Assembly (NCBI RefSeq): GCF_009914755.1
Contig: NC_060934.1
DNA length: 64,000 nucleotides
Reading direction: 5' to 3' (one strand)
DNA from: the human T2T-CHM13v2.0 reference genome, Homo sapiens
The notes under the pieces: model-generated
Databases searched by the model: none
Seen by the model: only the letters and a program-made list of their open reading frames with translations
Told to the model about the DNA's origin: nothing
Position numbers and translations under genes: made by a program
Shown here: positions 54,030 through 64,000 of the stretch, in pieces
Position numbering within the stretch: position 1 is the stretch's first letter
Layout of the letters: each line of letters starts with the position of its first letter

Positions 54030-54570
54030 TTCTTTAGTGTGGTAAAATATGTATAACATACAATTCATCATTTAACCATTTTAAAACATATAGTTTATTG
54101 GCATTAAGTCCATCAACCTTATTGAGCAAGCATCACCAGTATACATATATTACAATTTTAATCATCCCAACCTAAAACTCTGCTCATTAAACAACAACTT
54201 CCCATTTCCCTTTATTTCATCCTCTGGCAACCACCATTCTACTTCCTGTCTTTGCATTTAATTATTCTAGGCACCTCACATAGTTGGACTTATACAGTAT
54301 TTGTCCTTTTGTGTCTGGTTTATTTGGCTTAGTAAAATGTCCTCAAGGTTCAACCATATTATTGCACGTATCTGAATTTCCTTCCTTTTTAAAACTAAAT
54401 AATGTCCCTTTGTAGACACTAAACTCTGTTTATCCTTTCATTTGCTGATGCTCACTTGCATTTTCACCTTTTGATTATTGTGAATAGGATTATTATGAAT
54501 AAGGTTATTGAGAATAATAACATTGCTTCAAAAATATCTATTTTAGTTTCTGCTTTTAATTTATTTAGGT
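54030..54570 (-). mobile_element. L1M 3'-end fragment
   Basis: cctctggcaaccaccattctacttcctgtc...tatttgtccttttgtgtctggtttattt is typical of L1MB 3' ends. Confidence 0.7.
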
Positions 54571-54571
54571 A

Positions 54572-56090
54572 TTGTGAGCCCCAAATATCTGAGACATGCC
54601 CCAGTCAATTTAGAAATTTATTTTTCCAAAGCAAAACCTCTCTCCTATTGTCCAGGCTGTCCTCTGCTATGGTTACTGGGCTCGTTTTTAGCACAAAGGT
54701 CTCACTGTTGTGTTATCCTTTCCAAGTGAGCCTTCAGGCCTTTTCCTTTTATATATTTTTGCAAGAAAGTTAATGAGGCATCTCATCCGAAATGCATGCT
54801 ATCATGTGTATATTTTGGCATTGGTTGAACAAGGTGTGTCGGCATCCAAACCACGCCTTCATCATTTACTTTTCAACCTTTCTTATCTTGAATACATCCT
54901 CTGTCCTTGGTAGCCTTTTTATCCTCAAGAGGATACTGGGATTTGAAAGCTGTCAGATCTATTTGGGGAATTAAAGGTGCCTGGACCTCAGCACTGCTAT
55001 TGGTTGGGTGCCTGGCTGTGCAGTCAGTGAAAGCGTTCCCTCTAGCTAGATTGGAATTCCTGTGCTGATGGCATGGACAATGTCTAACAGCTGTTTCCCT
55101 TGGGGTTGCCAATACCTCCAATAGCTCCAACATGGCTTTGCATATTTAATTTTAGTATTATCTGCCCCTTTCCTTGCAAATAGCTCTGTGTGCATGGGCT
55201 ATCATGAAAGAATATTTGGAATCAGTTTAGATATTGGTTCTCTTACCTTTGGACAGATGCAAGGCTCTCATAAGGGCAATTTACTCAGCCTTTTGCACAG
55301 AAGTCCCTGTTGGGAGAGTTCTTGCAGCTATTACCTCCAAGAGAGTCACTATAGCCTAGACAGCATTCCTCCTTCTGTTGGTGACTAGGCTGCTTCTGTC
55401 CACAAAGAGCATCCAGTCTCCACCCTGGAGGGCTGTGTCCTTCAGATCTGGTCGCCTGGAAGACTCTTGATCTATAACCACTAGGCAGTTGTGTACTAGT
55501 TCCTTTGGTTGCCCAGTAGGTGTCAACAAAGTGGCAGGGTCTAAGGCTCCAGTGCCCTGTAGTTTCATTAGACATTACCTATGGTGCACATTGCAGTGTG
55601 GTTTAATGCCTTTTGAATGAGAAAATTATTTTCTTTCTTTTCTACATTTTTATAGAGGAGTTTTGTAGATAGGCAGGAGATATCATTTCTAACATTATTC
55701 TCCAGTATAAAGGAAAACATACTTGACAGTTATGTCCCAAATTAGGTAAAAGAAGACTGACATTGGATGTCCCCAGGGGCTTATAATTTCTACCTGTAGT
55801 AGCATAAATTCCCTCTGTGTTCTGTAGACACAGAACTACCCTCCCTAACACAGACTCCTCATTGGTACAGCCCAATTACATCCACTTTCCTAAGCATATG
55901 GACCCCCTATCTCTGTCAATCCCACCCCCAGTGATTCACTGAGGGAGCAATTCCAGCCCTGGGTCCCCAGACAATGTAAGGTGTTGCAAACCCCACCTTC
56001 CCATAGACGGCCAAGAGCAGAGCATGGACATATTTGATTAGTACCGAGGAAATGTGAGAATAGTGAAACTTTGCTCTGACTGTATTCTTG
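54572..56090 (-). mobile_element. Degraded class I ERV internal sequence including a pol connection/RNase H piece, beside a MER4-like LTR fragment
   Basis: ORF 55356-55568 gives LDPATLL...HNCL...RPDLKDTAL...DWMLFVDRSS, matching the gammaretroviral LNPATLLP..HDC..RPDLxDxPL..DGSS pattern. Confidence 0.7.
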
Positions 56091-58498
56091 TGTATTAGTC
56101 CATTCTCACACTGCTATAAAGAACTAAAGAACTACCTGAGACTGGGTAATTTACAAAGAAAAGAGGTTTAATTGACTCACAGTTCCACAGGCTGTACAGA
56201 AAGTATGGCTGTGGAGGCCTCAGGAAACTTACAATCACGGAGGAAGGCAAAGGGGAAGCAAGCATATATTCACATTGCTGGCAGGAGAGAGAGAGAGAGA
56301 GAAAGAAGGTGGAGGTGCTACACACTTTCAAACAACTAGATCTCAGGAGAACCATATGATGAGAACAGCAAGAGAGAAGTCAGCCTCCATGATTCAATCA
56401 CCTCCCACCAGGCCCCTTCCCCAACAGTGGGAACTAGAATTTCACATGTAATTTGGGTGGGGACACAGAGCCAAACCATATCACTCCGCCCCAGCCCCTT
56501 CCAAATCTCACATTCTTTTCACATTTCCAAAGATAATTATGCCTTCCTAACAGTCCCCCAAAGTCTTAACTTATTTCAGCATTAGCTCAAAAGTCCAATT
56601 CTAAAGTCTCATCTGAGACAAGGCAAGTCCCTTCCAACTATGAGTCATAAAATCAAAAATAGGTTAGTTACTTTCTAGATACAATGGAAATGGGGTATTG
56701 AGTAAATGCTTCTGTTCCAAAATGGAGAAATTGGCCCAAACAAAGGGGCTACAGGCCCCATAAAAGTCCAAAACCCAGAAAGGCAGTCAATAAATTTCAA
56801 AGCTCCGAAATAATCTCTATTGACTCCATGTCTCATATCAAGGCCACACTAATGCAAGAGGTGGGCTCCCAGGGTCTTGGGCAGCTCTACCTCTGTGGCT
56901 ATACAGGGTAAAGGCCCCATGGCTGCTTTCACTGGCTGGCATTGAGTGTCTGCAGCTTTTCCAGGCACACAGTATGAGCTTTCAGTGGATATACCATTCT
57001 GGGTTCTGGAGGATGGTGGCCCTCTTCTCATAGCTCCACTAGGCAGTGCCCCAGTGGAAATTTTGTGTGGGAGCTCAAACCCCACATTCCCCCTCCACAC
57101 TGCCCTAGAAGAAGTTCTCCATGAGTGTTCCACCCTTGCAGCAGGCTTCTGCCTGGACGTCCATGCATTTTTATACATTCTCTGAAATCTAGGCAGAGGC
57201 CCCCAAGCCTCATCTCTTAGTCTCTGAGCAGGCACAGGCTTAAAACTACATGGAAGTCACCACACATTGGGGCTAGCATCCTCTAAAACAATAGCTCAGG
57301 ATGTATCTGAGGCCCTTTTAGCCATGGCTGGGGCTGAAGTGGCTGGTATGCAGGGTGCCATGTCCCAAGACTTCACAGAGCAGTAGGACCCTGGGCTTGG
57401 CCCATGAAATTATTTTTCTCTCCTAAACCTCCAGGTCTGTGATAGAAGGGGTTACCTTGAAGGTCTCTGAAATACCTTGGAGGCATTTTTCCCTATTGTC
57501 TTGGCTATTAACATTTGGCTCTTCTTTACTCATGCAAATTTCTGCAACCACCTTGAATTCTTCCTCAGAAAATAATATTTTCTTTTCTGCTACATGGCCA
57601 GGCTCAAGTTATTCAAACATTTATCTTCTGCTTCCCTTTTAAATATGAGTTCCAGTTTCAGATAATCTCTTTGGGCATGCACGTGAGAATATGCTGTTAG
57701 AGGCAGCCAGGCCACATCTTGCTTGCTTTGATGCTTAGAAATTTCTTCCATCAGATACCCTAAATCATCTCACTCAAGCTCAAAGTGACACAGATCTCTA
57801 GGGTAGGAACACGATGATGCCAATCTTTTTGCTAAAGCATAGGAAGAGTGACCTTTACTCCAGTTCCCAATAAGTTTCTCATCTCCATCTGAGAACTCCT
57901 CAGCCTGGACTTCATTGTTCATATCCCTATCAGCATTTTCTTCATAACCATTCAAGTCTCTAGGAAGTCAAAACCCTCCTTCATCTTTCCATCTTCTTCT
58001 GAGCCCTCTAAACTCTTCCAATCACACCTACTACCTATCCAGTTCCAAATTTGCTTTGACATTTTCAGGTATCTTTATATCAATGCTTCACTATTTAGTA
58101 CCAATTTTCTGTATTATTTTATTCTCCCACTGCTATAAAGAACTACCTGAGACTGGGTAATTTACAAAGAAAAGAGGTTTAATTGACTCACAGTTCTGCA
58201 GGCTGTACAGAAGGCATGGCACGGGAGGCCTCGGGAAACTTACCATCATGAAGGAAGGTGAAGGGGAAGTAAGCATGTCTTCACTTGGCTGGCAGGAGAG
58301 GGAGAGGGAGAGAGAGAGAGAAGGTGGAGGTGCTACACACTTTCAAACAACCAGATCTCATGAGAATTCTATTATGAGAAGAGTAAAAGGAAAGTCAGCC
58401 CTCATGATTCAATCTCCTCCCACTAGGCCCCTCCTTCAACACCGGGAATTACAATTTGACATGATATTTCGGTGGGGACACAGAACCAAACCATATCA
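56091..58498 (-). mobile_element. Full-length MST-type MaLR element: 5' LTR 58498-58110, internal region, 3' LTR 56483-56091
   Basis: Two ~390-bp direct repeats starting tgatatggtttgg and ending taataca on the minus strand, around a ~1.6-kb MaLR internal region; same orientation as AKR1C2. Confidence 0.9.
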
Positions 58499-58994
58499 TT
58501 TGGTATTCCAGAATTTCTGCCTTGCTGTTGCCACCCTAACCTCTGGTGCTTCCTCTTAGCAATTTTTTCTCCTCTGACCTCACCGTGCTCTATGGTTATA
58601 AATCCCCTCTTGTCTTACTTGGAGTCAGAGTTGAGCTTCAAGGGAACCAATACATTTTGCACTAAAATAAATTTCTTTGACACATTTCAAGACAGCTATT
58701 CAGAAGGGCAGGAAATACGAGAAGAGCCAAAAAGCTGTCTTTAGTGGGAAAGACTTGCATCTGTAGAGAAAATTTGCATTGTTATAGCTGGGCTTTCTCT
58801 GAGAATCTCTCTTGGATAGAAGAAAGATTAACTGAGAATCTGATACCTTTAAAGGTCTAAAGAAAAACATTTCCCAGCTGTTCTCTCTGAGGGCTGCTTC
58901 CTGGGAGATTTCATCTAAATAATGAAACCTCCTTTGCTAGCCAGGCTTGTTCTTCTCTCCATCCCATAACCTGTGTTGCCACTGTAAAAAATTT

Positions 58995-59252
58995 TGCCAA
59001 GATTTAAGTGCAATGGTGCAATCACAGTGCCCTGCAGCCTTGACCTCCTGGGTTCAAGCAATCCTTCTACTTCAGCCTCCCAAGTAGCTGAGACTACAGA
59101 CAGGTGCCACTACACCCAGCTAATTTTTAAAATTTTTCCTTTTAGCAGAGACAAGTTCTTGTGGTGTGTTCCAGGTTGGTCTGAGCTGAAGAGATCCTCC
59201 TGGCTCAGCCTCCCAAAATGCTGGAATTATTGGTATGAGCCACCACGCCTGG
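58995..59252 (-). mobile_element. AluJ-like element
   Basis: ctgcagccttgacctcctgggttcaagcaatcctt...gcctcccaaaatgctggaatta. Confidence 0.8.
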
Positions 59253-62200
59253 TGATCTGGCTGTTTTTCCTGCATTCTGCCTGTAATTGTTTTTTAGGGT
59301 CTTTTTCCACATGTCTCATGTTCAGAGTCTCTAAGGCACATGGTGTAGCTGAGCTGATTCACCCCTGTCCTGTATAGAGCACCATGTGGGGGAAAGTTCC
59401 TGGTCTGCTATGCCATCGCCCAGCCAAAGGAGGGCTGCCTTTGCTCTGGTTTCACATTCCTGTTTTAAACAGTCATGCCCAGAATTGCTTGGCTACATTG
59501 TGACCTTAATGAAATATCTAGTTTGTGAAGTCACAGAATTTGCTTTTCATGAAACTAGAATCTCTTTGAGTTTGGGAGTCTCACATCCCATTAGGGTCCC
59601 TCTTTTAGCACCTCACTAAGATTATTAAAATTAATTAAAACTTTTGGATGAACTAGAATGTCTGCAGAAACCTCTAGCCATTTTGCTGGTTCGACAGGAT
59701 AACCTTTTTTCCACTAAAGAATATTAGTGTTAGTTTAGTGATGAGGTTAATATTCCCCATTTTTCCCCTCTCCCAACCCAAAATGTACTAGGCTGAGTGT
59801 TAAAGACCAAAGACTAATCACTTGGACAAAGGATTCCTTGTATCCCCACAAGTCCTAGGTATTTTTCTCTCATTGAGAGCAGAGGGCCTGTATTGATGCC
59901 TGGACATGGGATTTTATACCTTCTTGGCATCCAGGGTTATACAATCAATAAACAGAGATGGTATAGAAAAATCCCTTAAAAATGATGGGTCATGCCAAGA
60001 CTACAGGATTTTCTTTCCTCCTGTCACTTGTTACAATGATTTTCAAGTGGAAACTTGAGTTCTGCATTTCTCAGTTTTTCTTGACTCTCAAACTAGCTAA
60101 ACACTTCATTCTTCATTCTTAAGAGATTGGCACCAAATCACTTTGTCCTGTTTGGGAAATGCAGTGTTTCTCCTTTGGGTGCATTTTTGAAGACCAAGGC
60201 AAAAACATTAAAGTTCATTTTTATTTTCTGTGTGGGTAAAACATTTGATTTTACTGAACATGCTCCATAGTTACATGGCAGGATGTTTTGATTGGCATAA
60301 AAAGTAACCAAACTTCCAAATGTGAAGTAGGTCACCGGAAGAGTACAGGACTCTTTGTGAGTTGTTTTTCTCTCCAGTCCAATATTTTCCTCAACATGTT
60401 TTCTAAATAACATAGGAATTTCATTTTGGAATAAGCAAGTCATTTAAATTTATTCATAGGTATAGGAGGGTCCAGAAATGTTAAGAACATATATGATTTC
60501 AACCGTATACCTTTGCTTTATGGGATAATGTAGTCAGTTGAAAATGTTTTCTGTTGAAGCAAGTGACTGCCTCATTATTAAATAAGAGAAGAGCAGCTTG
60601 AGACGGCTGTTTGCTGAGCGATGTGTGGAGCAGGCCCATTTGCTTTCATGTATCAGACATGCCTGCTCTACCCCACCCCTCATTAAGGCACTCACATTCA
60701 CCAGGCATGATCATCTAAAAGTGATTTGATAGTGTTATCTCCAACCTCCTTCTCTGGAAAATCTTGCTGACTCACAGTGACTAGGGGACTTGGGTGGCAT
60801 TTTAGACCTGCCAATCACCAGCCTGGATCATTGCACCTGTTCTGAGTTGCACCGGTCTTTTACTTTAGTGCCAGGTGGTTGGAAAGAGGCCCATGAAATA
60901 GAGCTGCTCATTTTTAAATTATCCCTTTTGTTGAAGCTTTTGTTCAGGAGGCAGGAGTGGGGCCACCGGCTGTGGACCTCATGGTACACTCTTGTTTTTA
61001 AGACGTGTTACACAGGGTGAAGGAAAGCAAAATGTGCTACTCAAAATGTACTTTTCTGGCATATTTTTATATGACTATTCAGAGGGGTCACAATTCAGAG
61101 AGGCTGCCGACACACAGAAAGACCTGAAAAGCTTTCTTCTCTCGCAGAGATTTGTAAGTGCTGAGGAAATGTACATTAGTGAAGTGAACAGAGGGTAAAA
61201 GCCTTTCTCTGAGGACCCCTTTATATGCCTTATTGGATCAAAGAAAGATTAACTTCCAGGAAAAACAGACTAAGATCCTGACACTTTAAAGGTCTGACTG
61301 AGAAGCTTCTCCACAGGCCGCCACCTGCCTTCCTGAGAGCAGCTTGGGGAGCCCCTGAGAGGCTCACATCTATGTGGGGACAGCCTTGGCTCACCATGTG
61401 TCTCTTCCACTCCCCCATTACCTGAGACTCCACCTCCCCCAGAGACCCCAAACCCCTGTTCTCTCCGTAGCCTCAGGATGTGATGAAACCCTCTGTCAAC
61501 AGGAACGCCCTGGAGTCTCTTATTTGCAGGAATCTGATGTCCATGTACGGGTATACACATTTGCATGTCTTTTTATATTAACCTTTCACTTGTCAGTTTG
61601 TTTTATACACTCTAATTATCAAAACTTCAGAAGAGAGAGGAAAGAAAATGCCCTTTGTGCCTACATGGGTATCTGCATTTCCCATGCAAAGCAGAAAAGG
61701 TGAAGGAAAGTAATAAAACCCAGTCCCAGAAGTAGCAAACATGGCCCTGACAATGGCAATGAAGGAATAGTGCATGGCCTAAGATTGGTCTCCCCACGAC
61801 TGAGGACCATCAGGGCCAAGTCTCTTGTCTTTCCTTCCTCCCTTCCCTTCACCCCCAACTGCACACAGCCGGACACAGGGCACAGTTTGGTAAGAGCATC
61901 TGATTAGGGAGGGTAACTGGGAAACTGTACATGAGAATGTGCATGAGTGAGGGTGAATATGTTAAGAATTGAGGGGAGGAAAACCTATCCTTCTGCAAGT
62001 CTATTTACCTATCTACTACGTTTTTATATGTTAAGACTTCTGAGAGCCTGCTGTTGGGTGTGTAGTGCGATCCTCTGGAAGGAAGTTGAGGAAGATGCTG
62101 TCCGTGCCTCACTTTCTCCTTGGGGTTACAGGAGCTTTCTCATAGACACCTGACAGGGGGATCTTCTGTATAGGACCCGCATATTTGTGCCCATTGTGCA

Positions 62201-63107
62201 GTAACTGATCAACACACAGAAATAGTGGCTGTTGCAGCAGAAAAGGGGTTTAATAATTGAATGGCAGACAAACGAGGAAGTAGGAGGAAACTTCGAATTC
62301 ACTGCCCCGAGGAGTTTTAGACTGGGATTTTCAAGGGAATTTTGGCAGGCAGGGGGCTGAGGAGCAGGGCGGGGTGCTGACTGGCCAGGGTGTGGACTAT
62401 GAAAGCCTAAGGATGTGGTAACTGCATTGTGGGGCTGAGTCAGTTCCTCAGAGGGGCCTGTAGATTGGATGGCATCTGTGGAACTGTTATAAGGCATGAT
62501 GCAGAAAATATCTTGAGTGGAAAACGTGAGATTTCCTACTGTTTGAGACGTTACCTATGAGGTTAGGACCTTGTGATACAGGGTACATGACTCTAAAGAG
62601 TAAGCAGTTATATGGAAGTGGGCTACAGGGCAAGCTGGTTAATGTACGCTATGCTTTCTTTCAGAGTTCGTGCTTTTGCTAAAAACCTAGACATTTACTT
62701 TCATTAATTTGATGAGGGTACTGTCACCTCCTCCAGTGAACACACTCATTCTGAGGGACAGCTGGGTTGCAATAACCATCAATCAACGTTGTCACAATGC
62801 TTGCATTGATGGAAAGCTTTCCTTCATCTGAACCAAAGGATTCCTCCATAGTAAGCAATAGGTCATGAGAGTCTCTGGGAAATACTCAGTGTACACAAGA
62901 AACATGTTTTGTGGTTAACAACAAAATCCTTTACCTTACTCAGGGGAAGCCTGTTGATCTCAGAACATCTTTCAGCCTTGGCACCACCCAGTAGTTTCTT
63001 AGAACTTACATAAAAGCATCCAATTAAGCATAATTCTGAATATCGCTCACTAATCCTGACTCTGCTTCCTTCGCAGCTATAAAATCAATAACAGAAATGC
63101 TCCTGTT

Positions 63108-63251
63108 TCACTAATTTTTGTATTTTGTTTTTAGTAGAGATGGGGTTTCACCATATTGGAAAGGCTAGTCTTGAACTCCTGACCTCAGGTGATCCACCGA
63201 CCTCAGCTTCCCAAAGTGCTGGGATTACAGGCGTGAGCCAACATGCCCAGC
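63108..63251 (-). mobile_element. Alu left-monomer fragment
   Basis: tttagtagagatggggtttcaccat...cccaaagtgctgggattacaggcgtgagcca. Confidence 0.85.
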
Positions 63252-64000
63252 ATGAAATACGCTTTCATATAATTCTTGAATACTCCACTTAGAGGCCATT
63301 GCAAAACCTTTCCTGACACTCCTTCTTCCCCATCTTCCAGGATTGCATGTGTCCTGTTTCCTTGTGTGCCATGCTGTATTATAATTGCCATTTGCAGTCT
63401 CACCTTTTGTTGGCTTCAAGCTGCAAAAGTTGTAGTGATTTTTGTGTAGACAGGCAGAACTTAGCTAGTGCCTCAGCTTGGATCCTCAGTGGGCTGCAAT
63501 GAAGGCATAATCCAAAAGCAGGGTCTCCCAGAAGCCTCAGTGGGGAATGACCTGCTTCCAAGGTCATGGGTGACTGGCAGAATCCAGTGCCTTCCGGGTT
63601 ACTGGAGTGAAGGCCTCAGTTTCTAGCTGGCTGATGGCCATAAGCCACACTCAGTTCCTCTCAAAGTGGGCATGTCCACAAGGCAATTCATCTTATCAAT
63701 GTTTGGCCAAATACAGGTTGGGCAGAACACAATAAAAATAACAAAACACCACTTAGATATCTTAATAAGCAGAAGTTCCTTATTACTTGAGACTAAACTT
63801 TTACTAATGTTGTTCTTTGGCCTGCATAGTAGAAGCAATAAAAATGAAGGGCACACAGGAAAGGGTGGCCAACATTATCCAGGGGGTCATAAAAGGACTT
63901 CTGAAACATGTGTGGCTGGATCGGGTGTATTTAGGATAAGTAAGACATCAGAAACCTGCTGGAAACAACATGCAAGCCGAGCAGGCTGTCCTAAAAAGAG

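Noticed and set aside
62190-62725. Probable additional LTR-type repeat (also 58500-58990 and 63380-63680)
   Set aside because: Looks repeat-derived, but I cannot fix the family or boundaries by eye.

Overview
Primate (almost certainly human, 10p15) genomic DNA, so the six-frame ORF track is mostly noise. The window holds two complete 9-exon aldo-keto reductase genes arranged tail-to-tail: AKR1C1 (+, CDS 3776-18073, Leu54) and AKR1C2 (-, CDS 44172-30329, Val54). Each is 323 aa and they differ at 7 residues, all in exons 2-5. The genes are the arms of a >23-kb inverted duplication (at least 1-23387 mirrored by about 47170-24693). The 1.3-kb spacer contains a deleted relic of a third AKR1C copy. 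Six retroelement insertions are arm-specific (Alu, L1, LTR3-like, MER9), and arm identity is patchy, consistent with gene conversion. Upstream of AKR1C2 are a consensus NRF2 ARE, an LTR1-like solo LTR, a candidate alternative coding exon of 69 codons in phase with exon 2, an orphan AKR1C exon-5 pseudo-exon, ERV1 pol debris and a full MST/MaLR element whose 5' LTR has a perfect splice donor. I found no prokaryotic-type system (no CRISPR, tRNA or rRNA). The best leads are the palindrome architecture and the LTR-driven alternative AKR1C2 transcript. Repeat subfamily names come from memory of consensus sequences and identity levels are judged by eye.
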